From positions 1-64,000 of IMG/VR virus record IMGVR_UViG_3300024268_000035: a stretch of DNA of 64,000 nt; one strand, 5' to 3'. The stretch is from a virus (taxonomy: Duplodnaviria > Caudoviricetes). The position numbers and the translations under genes are program-made. Below the pieces are notes generated by a model that saw only the letters and a program-made list of their open reading frames with translations, searched no databases and had not been told where the DNA came from. Positions 48,038-59,416 of the stretch are shown here, piece after piece (position 1 is the first letter of the stretch; every line of letters begins with the position of its first letter).

Positions 48038-48712
48038 GTGCGAATAATGATTAGATATCAGTATATTTATAATCAGGTGCTACAGATTTATAAGCAAATG
48101 GAAAACATTGAGTTTCCGATTGAACCATCCGACATTATTGCACGACTTCCGAACTGCAAGTTAATGACATATGCGAAATTTGCAAAACTGAATAATTGTT
48201 CCGTTGAAGATGTTGCGGCGTTATGCGAAAGCAGTTCTGGATGTACACATTACGATATTGCCAACGACAGATATTTGATTCTGTGGAATAATGATCGATC
48301 TGATAACAATGTCTCTGGAAGACGACGCTGGACAAAGGCACATGAACTTGGTCATGTAGTCCTCCGACATCTTCCTCTTATGACAGAACCTAAGATCGCA
48401 GAAGAAGATGAAGATTTCTTTTGGGATGAACGTCCAACAGAAAACTTAAATCATATTTCTACCGCTGCTTTTGAGCAGGAGGCAAATGTATTTGCAGCAA
48501 CGCTCCTGTGTCCGATGCCATTTTTTGAAATGATGGAAATTGAATCGCCGGATGATATTCGCAGTGTGTTCGGTTTGTCCGTATCTGCGTCAGAAAACCG
48601 GTGGAACGAATATCAGAAATGGAAACGCTCTCATGTAAAAACTGCATGGGAAAGTAATATGCGTAAAATTCTCACACAAAAGGATCCGCTGTTCCATATG
48701 TACAAATCGTGA
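48038..48712 (+). CDS. ImmA/IrrE-family metallopeptidase (anti-repressor)
   Basis: RRRWTKAHELGH, EQEANVFAATLLCP. Confidence 0.9.
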   Translation: MRIMIRYQYIYNQVLQIYKQMENIEFPIEPSDIIARLPNCKLMTYAKFAKLNNCSVEDVAALCESSSGCTHYDIANDRYLILWNNDRSDNNVSGRRRWTKAHELGHVVLRHLPLMTEPKIAEEDEDFFWDERPTENLNHISTAAFEQEANVFAATLLCPMPFFEMMEIESPDDIRSVFGLSVSASENRWNEYQKWKRSHVKTAWESNMRKILTQKDPLFHMYKS

Positions 48713-48724
48713 GCCTACAAATCT

Positions 48725-48751
48725 GCTCCCCATTTAAGGGGAGCTTTCTTT
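48725..48751 (+). terminator. Intrinsic terminator
   Basis: GCTCCCC-ATTTAA-GGGGAGC followed by TTTCTTT. Confidence 0.7.
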
Positions 48752-48944
48752 GTTTGCGGGAATGGGTTTAAGCGTTACGGATCCGTCCTTGGTATTGAAT
48801 TCTACGATGATATGGTCACGGCTGGCAAGTTCGCGCAGCTTTTTTAAGATTCTGTATGTTTTAGAATCCCACCGACCATCTTTCCGGCGTTTTCCGATGA
48901 TACCGCATCCATCAAGACACAGTTCGTCGTAGATAAGTAAAATT

Positions 48945-49283
48945 TCATTCTCCATCTGTATTACCACTCTGAGAAATGATATTACCGTATTTGTCGATAG
49001 TCACAACGTCAACCCCTTTACAGAACATACCCCATCCATTATTTGTCCATTTATAAATATAGACGATAGTTGTGCCGTAGGCTTTATTATATTCGGAGCG
49101 TTGGATCAGACGATCTCCATCATATATTTCTGTAACATATCCATTGGTTGTTGAGAGAGACGAGGCGGTATTACTATCCACTGCGTTTTCTGATGTATAG
49201 TTATTGACAGAAACATTATTCTGTGATCCGCAACTGCTGAAAGCAAACAGTGCAATCAGCAGGCAGATAAGTATTCTTTTCAT
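48945..49283 (-). CDS. Lipoprotein
   Basis: MKRILICLLIALFAFSSC lipobox-like signal. Confidence 0.7.
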   Translation of the reverse strand: MKRILICLLIALFAFSSCGSQNNVSVNNYTSENAVDSNTASSLSTTNGYVTEIYDGDRLIQRSEYNKAYGTTIVYIYKWTNNGWGMFCKGVDVVTIDKYGNIISQSGNTDGE

Positions 49284-49294
49284 GTTGTGTCTCC

Positions 49295-52200
49295 TTATGA
49301 AATATCCTGATTGCCCCAGCGGATGTGGAAGTTGCCGTTTTCATCCGCTTCACGGGACATGAGTACGGAAAGAAGATCGTAGTCAACACCAAACTTGTCG
49401 TAGATTTCATCCAAATCTGCGTCCTGACCACGCATGAACAGATTCAGTTTTTCCTTTGCGAGAACCATTTGCATCTGGTTGGACTCGATACTTCCAAGAT
49501 AGGTAACAAAGTAGATATGCTTCTCGTTTGTGGAATTGTATCGGATAAAACGGTGATAAAACTGGCTCATCCGGGAATTGTTGTAGTGCAGTTCGGGGAT
49601 GATTACGTTATCCACAAATTCAAAGTTTACACTGGACGGAAGGCTTTGCTGCGTACAGAGAAGAATTCCGTTCTTGCTTTCTTTCAGGGTTTTACGGAGC
49701 GCACGTCTCTTTGCAAGTGTGGTGGTAGAACCAGTGACGATAAACAGAGGGCGATCCGGCATAGTTTCCTTGATTGCCTGTGCATAGGCATCCACCACAT
49801 TTTTATGACGCACACCGATTGCTACGATCTGAGTGTCCATAGACTGACAAAGTTCCAGTACGGTTTTTATTTTCTCTGGTGTTCCTCCTTGGTATTCCAT
49901 AACGGTATTAGGAGCTGCACTGATTCTGAGAAGCAATGTAATCTGCTGAATCAAACGCATCATGGAATCCTTACGGGAGTTTCCGGTGGAAGCGAAGTAA
50001 TGACTACGCATCGCATGGAATTCGTTGATCGCTTTCTGATATACAGCGCGTTCCGCATCCGCAAATCGAACGGGAATCTGATGAATCTGCTTGATATTCT
50101 TGCCGGATACTTCTTCAAAAGTTCGAGTGATTACGAAACGTCCGAGAATCTGCTGAAGTTCTTCAGCGTTATAGATATCCTGTGTTTTCTGACCTACGCC
50201 GAATACAGTGATCCGTTCCGGCAAATGACTTGCTGAGAACAGGGCATATCCTGCCTTGTATGCGGGGATCGGTCTGCCGTAATGGGGATTGCCTTTACAG
50301 GACAGTCCGGCTTCCGGATTATCCTTGGTGGCGCGTTCATAATGGTAAATGGTATCGCACCATGAAATCATATTCGCAGAGTTGTTATATGCAAGCTCCA
50401 ACTGCGGCGCAAATTCTCCGATGTTGTTTCTTGTGCTGGTTCCAGTCATAAGCAGTTTATACTTACATCTTCTGAAAGCGTTCAAAACTGCCTTAGCACG
50501 AACACTGGAAGGGTTGGACATTTCATCACTTTCATCGAAGCACAGAGCGATTTTCTGTCCATGCTGTCTGACCCAGTTCTTGATCTGTTTGTGGTATGCG
50601 GACAGTTTATTCAGGGTAATAAGAACGAAGTCGCCCTGTTTGATTCTGTTCAGGTCATCCACTTTATCAATGACAACATAAGAAAGATCGTAGTTAGGCA
50701 GTACCACATCCCAGTTGTTCTTGATGGAAATAGCAGGGGAGACAACCCATGTACAAAAAGCGTTCTGCTTCTCCATCCGATACAGACCGGCGGCAATCCC
50801 GGCAAGTGTTTTACCGGAACCCTGTTCCCACTGCAAAAGCATATAGCGTTTCTGCAGTACAAGATTCAGGTCGTGTTTCTGGATGTCATTCAAACGAATT
50901 TCTTCTTCATTTTCCTTATCGTAAAGGGTGAATTTATCCAGCCATGCAGAGAGCTTGGGATCCTGTTCCATATCAAGAAGCTGCATCTGTTCAATCTGGT
51001 ATTCTCTTTGACGGCGACGGATCATTCTGGCATAATTCCCGAACGCAGAGGAATCCATTTCTTCGGAAACGATCTGATAGAAAGGTTTGATTTCTTTCAT
51101 TTCATCTGTGAGCTGACGGGCTGCCTTGGGGCTGTATGCCTTATATCCGATGGAATCGTCGTGCTTTACCATCCGAATTATATCTTCGTACTTCTGCGGA
51201 TGCTGTTTGCGGATTGTATTGCGGAGATATGCAAGCACCTTGGCTTCAGTAATGCGGACTCTGCACCATTCCTCATCGGACATATCATCCGGCTGTTTCT
51301 GGGTATAGAAACGATTTAGATATTCACAGCATTTGACATACTTTTCACGCAGGAGAGGGTGGGACTGGATGTGGTACAGATATTTCTTTACTTTATATGT
51401 AAAGTCATCGGCTGCGTTCTCGCTTCTTGCTATTTCCAACAGGATGTGCGAATGATTTTTGCGGAACTGTTCCTGTGCGGTATCCAGAAAGTTAGAACGA
51501 ACAAACTGTCTGCCGGATTCATCCAAACTAACAGTATCGTAGGTCTGAACGGAATAGTGGTTTGCATTCCATCCGTCCATTTCGCTGTTTTTCTGCCAGA
51601 ACTGAACCTTGGTAGTATAACCTGTCACGCCGAGAGAGGCGAACGTATTTTTGTCCAGTGAGAACTGACCGAGGAAACTGAAGTGCTTTTCCATTTCCTT
51701 AATCAGTCCGCCGTCAGAGAAGTCATCCGCAAGGAACGACTGGGGAACAACAAGAGCCATAATTCCCATAGGTTTCAAAAGCTCTGCCGCTTTCTGGCAG
51801 TAGTAAAGCTGGGACAGAATCTGTGCGCCATCCACCCACCAATACAGATTGAACGGAGGATTGCCAACAACGTAATCCAGCTTAATACCCGGAGTGTATG
51901 TACGGATGTCTCCACAGGTAAGGTTTGCTTTCGGATACAGATACTTCGCAACTTTATAGGCTTTTACATCCAACTCACAGCCGTACACATTGCTTTCCAA
52001 AGGAGCAAAGTTAAAGAATGTACCCATTCCGCAGGTCAGGTCAGCCACGATTTCCGTGTTGTTCAGGGCAAGGCAATCCATGATAAATTCGCAGACTTTA
52101 TGAGGGGTGAAAAACTGTCCGTTTTCGATCTCCTTCTTGGCTTCCGAATATGCGTGGTAGCTGTCGAAGTCACTGAACTTCAGACCGTGTAATCCGCCGT

Positions 52201-52342
52201 CACCGGTGTACGCATTGTAAATATCTTCACAGGTGATCCCGGAAGATTCCGCCAAATCGTTGTCAATCAGGTACAGTATTTTATCGTTCAATCCCTGACG
52301 GCTTTCCTGCGGTATCGTTTGCTGTAAGTTTTTGTATTTCAT
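49295..52342 (-). CDS. N6-adenine methyltransferase-SNF2-like helicase fusion (DarB-like)
   Basis: GQFFTP, DLTCGMG, GNPPF, QGSGKT, DESD, TGT, RFIR. Confidence 0.85.
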   Translation of the reverse strand: MKYKNLQQTIPQESRQGLNDKILYLIDNDLAESSGITCEDIYNAYTGDGGLHGLKFSDFDSYHAYSEAKKEIENGQFFTPHKVCEFIMDCLALNNTEIVADLTCGMGTFFNFAPLESNVYGCELDVKAYKVAKYLYPKANLTCGDIRTYTPGIKLDYVVGNPPFNLYWWVDGAQILSQLYYCQKAAELLKPMGIMALVVPQSFLADDFSDGGLIKEMEKHFSFLGQFSLDKNTFASLGVTGYTTKVQFWQKNSEMDGWNANHYSVQTYDTVSLDESGRQFVRSNFLDTAQEQFRKNHSHILLEIARSENAADDFTYKVKKYLYHIQSHPLLREKYVKCCEYLNRFYTQKQPDDMSDEEWCRVRITEAKVLAYLRNTIRKQHPQKYEDIIRMVKHDDSIGYKAYSPKAARQLTDEMKEIKPFYQIVSEEMDSSAFGNYARMIRRRQREYQIEQMQLLDMEQDPKLSAWLDKFTLYDKENEEEIRLNDIQKHDLNLVLQKRYMLLQWEQGSGKTLAGIAAGLYRMEKQNAFCTWVVSPAISIKNNWDVVLPNYDLSYVVIDKVDDLNRIKQGDFVLITLNKLSAYHKQIKNWVRQHGQKIALCFDESDEMSNPSSVRAKAVLNAFRRCKYKLLMTGTSTRNNIGEFAPQLELAYNNSANMISWCDTIYHYERATKDNPEAGLSCKGNPHYGRPIPAYKAGYALFSASHLPERITVFGVGQKTQDIYNAEELQQILGRFVITRTFEEVSGKNIKQIHQIPVRFADAERAVYQKAINEFHAMRSHYFASTGNSRKDSMMRLIQQITLLLRISAAPNTVMEYQGGTPEKIKTVLELCQSMDTQIVAIGVRHKNVVDAYAQAIKETMPDRPLFIVTGSTTTLAKRRALRKTLKESKNGILLCTQQSLPSSVNFEFVDNVIIPELHYNNSRMSQFYHRFIRYNSTNEKHIYFVTYLGSIESNQMQMVLAKEKLNLFMRGQDADLDEIYDKFGVDYDLLSVLMSREADENGNFHIRWGNQDIS

Positions 52343-52587
52343 GTTTCATCCATCCTGCTTTATGATCTCATTAGTATCCGGTATATGCTTCATGAAATGG
52401 AACAGCTCACCGCCGTAATGCTGAACTGCCCATTTCACTCCGGTTATAAAGGCTTTGGCTTCGTCTTGCGTTTTGAATTCAATCGGATAATCGGCGATCC
52501 GACTGCTGCATATATGAACGACGTTCCCCATCTGGTATAACTCCATGATGGGGAAGCCGTCTACTTTCAGTATATCGGTCAGAACTT

Positions 52588-53076
52588 TCATACGGCTTTT
52601 GCTTCCAGAGCTTCCACAGCTTCTTTGTAGTATCCGATCTTAGCACGGATGTTGTTCAGTTCTTCTTCCGTGACACCGGAGCGGGAAGCTGTCTTTTCAA
52701 GGCTTCTGGTGTGTTTTTCGATCTGTTTCTTCATGTATTCGACGGATGCCTTATCTGCCTTACCTTCCGGATTTGCTTTAATAACATCCGGTTTTTTGTA
52801 TACCGAGAGATAATAGACAGCCTCATATTCTTCTTTTGAAATTTCTGTGAAATTGTTTTCATCAACCATTGAGCAAGTCATCCTTGTGATTTCTACAATG
52901 GCGTTACCCAGTGTAAGATAACAATATTCAACTAAAAATTCCTTATCCTTAAAGTCAAGGATCTTTATAGCAACATGATCGCACTCAGTTTTTGTAATTC
53001 TTTTGAAATACTTTCCAACATACTGGAGATAGTATTCATCACTCTTATAAAGATATTCCATTTTTTTATCCTCCAT
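52588..53076 (-). CDS. Hypothetical protein
   Basis: Operonic ORF. Confidence 0.45.
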   Translation of the reverse strand: MEDKKMEYLYKSDEYYLQYVGKYFKRITKTECDHVAIKILDFKDKEFLVEYCYLTLGNAIVEITRMTCSMVDENNFTEISKEEYEAVYYLSVYKKPDVIKANPEGKADKASVEYMKKQIEKHTRSLEKTASRSGVTEEELNNIRAKIGYYKEAVEALEAKAV

Positions 53077-53093
53077 TGTTATATAGATTTTAT

Positions 53094-54014
53094 TTATACT
53101 GCATCTCCCAGATATTCTTCGGCAAACTGACGGGCGTAGGCTTCACTGGTAAAACGGACATCCACACGTCCGTTCTTGAAACACTTGATACTCTTGAGCT
53201 TATCCAGATGGAAGGGTATTTCGGTTTCTTCCGTTATCCAACGATAACTAAGCAGTACGGAAAATTTGTACGGGAAATCGCTCATGATACCGAGATCGAA
53301 ATGAGCAAGCGCACGGATGACCGCTTTCATACTGTCGGTCAGTTCGATCTGATGTTCACCCTTATGGTATTCCTCATACCATCCATCGAAATGGCAGGCG
53401 TAACCGGGGAAGGAGAGAACTGCTTTCTTTTGTTCGTATGCTTTCTTGCCATTGTAGCTGTTCCATCCAGCTTTGTGTGCTGCGTCTTTGAGTTCCTGAA
53501 CTGCCTTATCCTTGAAGGTGAATCCGCCAAGCTGAATGAACACCTGATCCAGAATGTCGCTGTACTTCAATGCCAGATTGTTCAGGGATTCATTGTAGGC
53601 TTTTGTAGCTTCGGTAAGAGCCTGAATTTCTTCCTTTGTGTAAGCTCTGGAGCCATCAGGTTTTTTCGGAAGCAGCACTTCCTTAGCATCACTTTCCGAA
53701 ATTGTAACCTTGTAGGTCTGGCGGAAGTAAGAGAAAATTCTGCCGATGAACAGGCTGTGGGAGTTTTGCAGGTCATCGACAAATCTGTTCGGCTTGAAAT
53801 CGCCGAGATAGGTAGAGTAAACTTCCTGTTCGCTTTGATTAAGCAAGCGAGTCTGTTCATCCAAATCTGCCTTACTACGTTCAGCCATCACTTTCAAAAC
53901 ACCTCTTGCATGGTCGTATGCTTCCTGCTGTGTCTGGCAGTACACACGATCCTCTTCGGAAATTCTGGTGTCGGCTGCAATTTCGACTGCGTTGAATTTA
54001 TTGAGAAGATTCAT
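53094..54014 (-). CDS. DUF4942-like protein (often associated with methyltransferases)
   Basis: C-terminal IKCFKNGRVDVRF. Confidence 0.55.
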   Translation of the reverse strand: MNLLNKFNAVEIAADTRISEEDRVYCQTQQEAYDHARGVLKVMAERSKADLDEQTRLLNQSEQEVYSTYLGDFKPNRFVDDLQNSHSLFIGRIFSYFRQTYKVTISESDAKEVLLPKKPDGSRAYTKEEIQALTEATKAYNESLNNLALKYSDILDQVFIQLGGFTFKDKAVQELKDAAHKAGWNSYNGKKAYEQKKAVLSFPGYACHFDGWYEEYHKGEHQIELTDSMKAVIRALAHFDLGIMSDFPYKFSVLLSYRWITEETEIPFHLDKLKSIKCFKNGRVDVRFTSEAYARQFAEEYLGDAV

Positions 54015-54181
54015 TTTCTGTTCTCCTTGTGATTATTCATGTGTTTTCTGTATTCGATATAGGGATTGTAGGATGCGGCGGCTACCTGTGCGAAAAATGA
54101 TGTTACCCCATCATAAATGAGCTTGCCAATCAAAATGGCGGCAAGGATCATGGTCATGCAGATTCGTCCTCCTGTTTTTAT

Positions 54182-54886
54182 TCAGGCTTCCATCTTCCAA
54201 CTGATCCGAAGGATGTCCGTATCAGTCAGGCGATACCCTTTGGTTCTGGCGTATTTTTTCATGAAGAATACACCATTTGCGGTCTGGACGATCTTACCTT
54301 CCATTCTGCCATAAGTACACCTTTTGCCAAGAAGACCGGGAAGGACGGCTTTTGCATCTTCTGTGAGCTTTTGTTCATCCGTTGTCGTTGTGTACTGGAC
54401 AGTGACGCACAGGTGAATCATATCGGAGAAGTTTTCTGTCAGGAACGCAAGGACGCGATCCCGGATTTCCATCCTTTGCTGGGTGGTCATACGCTCATTG
54501 AAAGAGAGGGTGAAGTAGGAAAAGTCTCTGCCGGATTCTTTGCCGTCCGTCTTATTGTAGAGATCACCGCACCAGAAATACAGCTCCCAGTCGGTACTGC
54601 GGTATGGGATGGGACAATCCGGTTCGTACTGATAACAGACAAACTTTTCCGCAATCGCTTCCATAACGGGCTGGATTTCATTACTTCTCTCGATACCCCA
54701 CTTGATACATTCAGTTGTCCATTCATCCTGTGAATGTTGATCTGCGTACTCTTTGTTGGCTTTCATTTCGTCTTCTGTGTAGCGGAACTCGATCCGAAAG
54801 GAATGCAGGTCTTCTACTGCGTATCCACGTTCCAGAAGGAGCATTTCGGAATCTGTGATATATGTTTTATCATGGTTGATTGTCAT
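54182..54886 (-). CDS. Hypothetical protein
   Basis: First gene after motif copy 54910; GGAGG RBS. Confidence 0.6.
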   Translation of the reverse strand: MTINHDKTYITDSEMLLLERGYAVEDLHSFRIEFRYTEDEMKANKEYADQHSQDEWTTECIKWGIERSNEIQPVMEAIAEKFVCYQYEPDCPIPYRSTDWELYFWCGDLYNKTDGKESGRDFSYFTLSFNERMTTQQRMEIRDRVLAFLTENFSDMIHLCVTVQYTTTTDEQKLTEDAKAVLPGLLGKRCTYGRMEGKIVQTANGVFFMKKYARTKGYRLTDTDILRISWKMEA

Positions 54887-55205
54887 AAATGACCTCCGTG
54901 TTTTTCTCTTATTACAACTAACTATTTTGCGGAAGGGAAATTAACCGAATTTCTGAAATTTCTGCAAAAAAAAAGAACGCCGGGTTCATCCAGCGTCTTT
55001 ACTCATTCGTATATAAAATTTTCTCTGCCGACATATTCGCCATCGACATAATCTTCATCGTTTACTCCGGAATACCATGTCAGTTCTCCATGCTTTTCCT
55101 GCTTGGCAATCAGCTTCATCATGCAGTCTTCTTCATCGAAGCCGCCTACTGTGATTTCTTCATCGTCTGCATATCTTCCGACCATCATCCACGGGAAGCA
55201 TAATT

Positions 55206-55712
55206 TTACTTTTCCCATACGCCCTCCAGACCGAAGGTAAAACGGATTGCGGAATCCTTGATACCGGACATGAAGACGGAATCTGCAAGAATGTTCATGG
55301 CAGAAAATACCCGCAGTTCCTTACCACGAAGGGAAGCCAGACGGCGGATTTCGATGGTGATAACGGCATTGGGACGGTTCTTTGACAGCGGTTCGATTTC
55401 GATACCGGTGACTTCCATGCTGTTTGCTTCCAACCACTGTGCTGCCTGCTTGACCTTGTTATATCTCTGCATAACGGAGAGGTTGGCTACCTTGCCGCTG
55501 AAATAATCGTCGGAGAGAATCCGATCCAGTTCTTCCGGGGTGAAGAAGTCACGAACGTCTACGTCCGCTTCGCGGGATTTATTGATTTTGTCGTTGTAGT
55601 CTGCTTCTGCTTTCTGTTTGGCGGCTTCGATCCGCTGACCCATGTTCATGTTGTTCTTAGAAAAATCCACTGCAAGCACCTTGCCTCTGTTCATATTCAT
55701 TCGCAACTCCAT
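55206..55712 (-). CDS. Hypothetical protein
   Basis: Long ORF in the early region. Confidence 0.55.
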   Translation of the reverse strand: MELRMNMNRGKVLAVDFSKNNMNMGQRIEAAKQKAEADYNDKINKSREADVDVRDFFTPEELDRILSDDYFSGKVANLSVMQRYNKVKQAAQWLEANSMEVTGIEIEPLSKNRPNAVITIEIRRLASLRGKELRVFSAMNILADSVFMSGIKDSAIRFTFGLEGVWEK

Positions 55713-55988
55713 TATATCATAAATTTAATTTGATTTCAATGTTTTGTCTGCATTCTCTGTTTCCGGAATGCTTCTCTGCGGTTGGCTTCCGCTTCGATTT
55801 CGTACAGTTTTCTTTCGATAACAGCAACGGAGCCATATCGCTCCAGACTGTTATTTCTCCACCAATTCTGAAAATCCTTCTGGAATACTTTACACGTTTT
55901 TCCATCCGTAAAGACAGCGACCTGACACGGTGTATTATACATGGTCGGTATCCGAATCTGATATATCTTATGTAGTTTCATGATTCCC

Positions 55989-56426
55989 TCACAGTCTGTA
56001 TGGAGCTACTGCCTGCAAAACTTTTGCTCTGGGGTTATTCTTGACTGGCGTATAAACCGCTTCGCCATTGCTGAATACAGCACTGCAGAATACTTCTTCA
56101 AAACCGTACTGGTCAGCCATCCGACTCAGAATTCGATTGATCTTGTTTGTCTCACTGGTATGACGGCGGATTGCAACGCTGCGAAACATATCGAAGTAGT
56201 ACCGGCAATCATCGTTATCCAGTTCATCCAGATCGTAGTTTTCTTCTACATAAAACTGGATACCATAATAATGACCACTCTCTACCGAAATCTTGTGAAA
56301 GAGAAAAGAGTGATTCAGTTCTTCCAGAGCTTCCTCTATATCGCGGACAAGGAAATAGTCTTCCTCATCGTAATCACGAATGAACAGATTGAAATTGTCC
56401 ATCTTTTTGAAATTTGCACATGACAT
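55989..56426 (-). CDS. Hypothetical protein
   Basis: First gene after motif copy 56440; FSNGEAVY motif. Confidence 0.6.
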   Translation of the reverse strand: MSCANFKKMDNFNLFIRDYDEEDYFLVRDIEEALEELNHSFLFHKISVESGHYYGIQFYVEENYDLDELDNDDCRYYFDMFRSVAIRRHTSETNKINRILSRMADQYGFEEVFCSAVFSNGEAVYTPVKNNPRAKVLQAVAPYRL

Positions 56427-57169
56427 AATATCACCTCTCTATTACAACTAACTATATTTCTGCGGAACAATTAACCTGTCCGGAAGAATATTTTCTTACC
56501 CGCGATGGAGTTCAGAGGAATCAAAATAGACGATGATTCCATCGTCTGCTTCCATTTTTGCGGTAGTATGAGAAACGCTGCGGATGATCCCGGTGATGAA
56601 TTTTCTGCGTCCCAGAATCATCATTGCCTTTTCACGGGAAATAGGTTCGCCGTGCAGTTTATAGGTTGTCTGTCTTTGGTGTAAAGCGTCCTCCATAGGA
56701 TGTTGGCTGATTTGTTCTTCACTTACCATACCTGCTTCCAGCCTTTCTGCTTTACAGTTTTGTTCAGTTCTTCTTCACGCTTGTCTGCGGCTTCCTGTTC
56801 GCTATCGTCCGGATAATCGGAAACATCCAGATCGACAACATCTACTTCGATTTCACAATCGGCATACACAGCCTGTACCATGCCGCCTTCCACCTTGATA
56901 ATAATTTTCATTTTGCACCCTCCTGATTTTGCTTTTTATATAATTCGATATACAGTGGCGAATCTTCACCAGCACAGTTGAGTTCAAGTTCGTCAAATAC
57001 CTCTCCGTCAATTATGCCTACAACATCCATATCTCCGTTATAAGACATCGTTTCTTTTAGGATTTCGATCAACTTGCTTAATTTCATAATTATAACTCCT
57101 TTGGATTGACAGATAACAGAATACCGCCCATCGTAGATTCCGACAGGCGGCGTTCTGTTTTACTTCTGT

Positions 57170-58096
57170 TTACTTTACTCCGACCAGTTCAGCGGTACGA
57201 TCCAGCAGTTTGTGACCGTCCATGATCCGGTTCCAGTTGTTTGCGCGGTAGTCCTGCGTCTTGCGGAGCGGTTCGGAGTGTGTTACCATATCACTCATGG
57301 CATTGACAACACCCCATGCAGTGTTCAGGTACATAGCGATGTCAGGACGAAGGTAGCATACCATAAATTCTTCTTTTGCTTTCTGGGCAGTAGTCTTCCT
57401 GCGTTCGGTATCGTTTTCATCAACCGGGAACATTTCATCCAGAATTTTGTTCAGCTCATCGTCGGTGACTCTCTTGTTAGCGAGTTTCTCTGCGTATTCG
57501 GAAAGCTCATCCATATAGGTATCTGCCAGTTCCAGACAGATTCTTGCTTCCTGCATCTTCTGGTTGATGTCGCCGACGTGTTTGGTAGACCACTGACGAC
57601 GGGCGGTATTCAAGGCAAGATTCAGGGTATTATTGCATACCACTCTGATGGGTGTCATACAGACGCGGATCGCACCGGAACCGTCGTGCGTATTGGAGAA
57701 ACAGAGGTAAGGTTCCACTTCATCGTCGATCACCTTGCGGGTAGGCATCTTGGCAAGGAGCCAGATTTTTCTGCCGTCCTGTAGGCTGCCTGCGGTTTCG
57801 TATCGAACGTCTCCGCCGACAAGTTCATCAGTGAAGCTGAAGGCTTCGGTATTCTGGACGATCTGGTATCTGTCGCTGACCACGCCCAGCACCTTGCCAT
57901 CCGTGCTGCGGACGTTTGCCTTGAAGTTTTCGATCTTTGCGCCACCGCACACCTGAATGCTGCGCTGCTTTACTTCCCAGTCCAGACCGGCAAGACGGAG
58001 AGCGTCTGCGCTGGTGGGAGCTTCCTGCACCATCGTGCCAAGACCGTGCCACGGAACCTCACGAACATAGAACATAGATTCAACATTTGCTGCCAT
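57170..58096 (-). CDS. DUF932/DUF945-family phage/plasmid protein
   Basis: PWHGLG, ETAGSL, NTHDGSG, TPIRVVCNNTL. Confidence 0.88.
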   Translation of the reverse strand: MAANVESMFYVREVPWHGLGTMVQEAPTSADALRLAGLDWEVKQRSIQVCGGAKIENFKANVRSTDGKVLGVVSDRYQIVQNTEAFSFTDELVGGDVRYETAGSLQDGRKIWLLAKMPTRKVIDDEVEPYLCFSNTHDGSGAIRVCMTPIRVVCNNTLNLALNTARRQWSTKHVGDINQKMQEARICLELADTYMDELSEYAEKLANKRVTDDELNKILDEMFPVDENDTERRKTTAQKAKEEFMVCYLRPDIAMYLNTAWGVVNAMSDMVTHSEPLRKTQDYRANNWNRIMDGHKLLDRTAELVGVK

Positions 58097-58340
58097 AATT
58101 TTATCCTCTCAATTCTGCTTTTTTTGATTTGGGATTCGATCCCCTATTACAACTAACTGTTGTCATACGGTTTAATTAACCGGATTTTGAGATTTTTTGA
58201 AATTTATTTTGCCAGCCAGAAATTCTCACCCAGCTTTACAAGGTTGTACTTTTTCTGCATCTGACGGAATTTCTTTTCAGTCGTACAGATGTACGGGTTG
58301 CTTCCGTCTGCGAATTTGATATGCTGCCAGTTAAAAGGTT

Positions 58341-58829
58341 TCATCCGAAGTCCACATCCTCCTCACACAGAATCATGGAGTAGCTGATAGATGTGATGTA
58401 CTTGATGTCTGCCATTTTCATGAATTTCAGCATCATGTCATTGGCATCGACAGCGGAGATCATGTAACCGCGATTGGTTCCGTTCTGAAGGGTAGCGATT
58501 ACTGCGAATTTTTCCAGACGGGGTACTCCTAACTCTGCCAGTTTTTCCGTCAGCTCATCTTCGGAGCATCCAGAAAATATATCGCCTTTACAATACGGGC
58601 AAGTGCAAAAGGTATGATATGCTGTGACTTTCTTATTGCAGAGCTTATCATTGGTGAAATAGTTGCCGCAGGCTTCACACTGGACAATCTTACCTTTTTC
58701 AATGGCGTCATCACAGCACGACTTACACAGTATGTATTTATCTTCCATACCGGGATTGATTTCGCAGTAACATTCAAAGTTTGCGTCCCTGATGATTCTG
58801 CGACAGGTCTTACAAATAAGATGGTTCAT
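58341..58829 (-). CDS. Cys-rich zinc-finger protein
   Basis: Several CxxC pairs. Confidence 0.55.
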   Translation of the reverse strand: MNHLICKTCRRIIRDANFECYCEINPGMEDKYILCKSCCDDAIEKGKIVQCEACGNYFTNDKLCNKKVTAYHTFCTCPYCKGDIFSGCSEDELTEKLAELGVPRLEKFAVIATLQNGTNRGYMISAVDANDMMLKFMKMADIKYITSISYSMILCEEDVDFG

Positions 58830-59416
58830 CTTTTACCTCGCTTATTTTTCATAAAGGTAATTGCCTTTTGCGTCTTCGACGATGATGATTTCGCCTTCGA
58901 TGTTTTCCGCTTCACCAAAGTCTGCGCTGTCCCATTCTTCTTCGGCTTTTTCCTTTGCTTCTTCAAGGTCTTCGGCTTCAACCTCAGCCACATATCTGGC
59001 TTCGATTTTATAGGTAACATAGAATTTCTTTTTCATGATGATTTCCTTTCTGGTTTTGTTTCTATTATAACTAACCGCTGAACGATCCGATAATTAACCG
59101 GAATCTGAAATTATTTTTCTTTGATTTCGATATGGAGAACGCCGTCCTTGACGGAAAGTTCCGATACCTTACGGTGGTCAAGTCCGGTATAATCCAGAAG
59201 CTCCATTGCCGTACCTTCAAACATGATACGGCGGGATTTCTTGTTGATAAGTACGACTTTCTGATCCGGGTTCCCAAGGATCATTGTCAGATCATAAAGT
59301 TTCATAGGGCAACCTCCATTTGTAGTTGTATTTATGGGGTAGGGTTTTTGATAACGGAAGCCCTCCAAAACCGCAATAGCTGCATCTCTGGCACCTCCCA
59401 TCAGGATTTGATGTTG

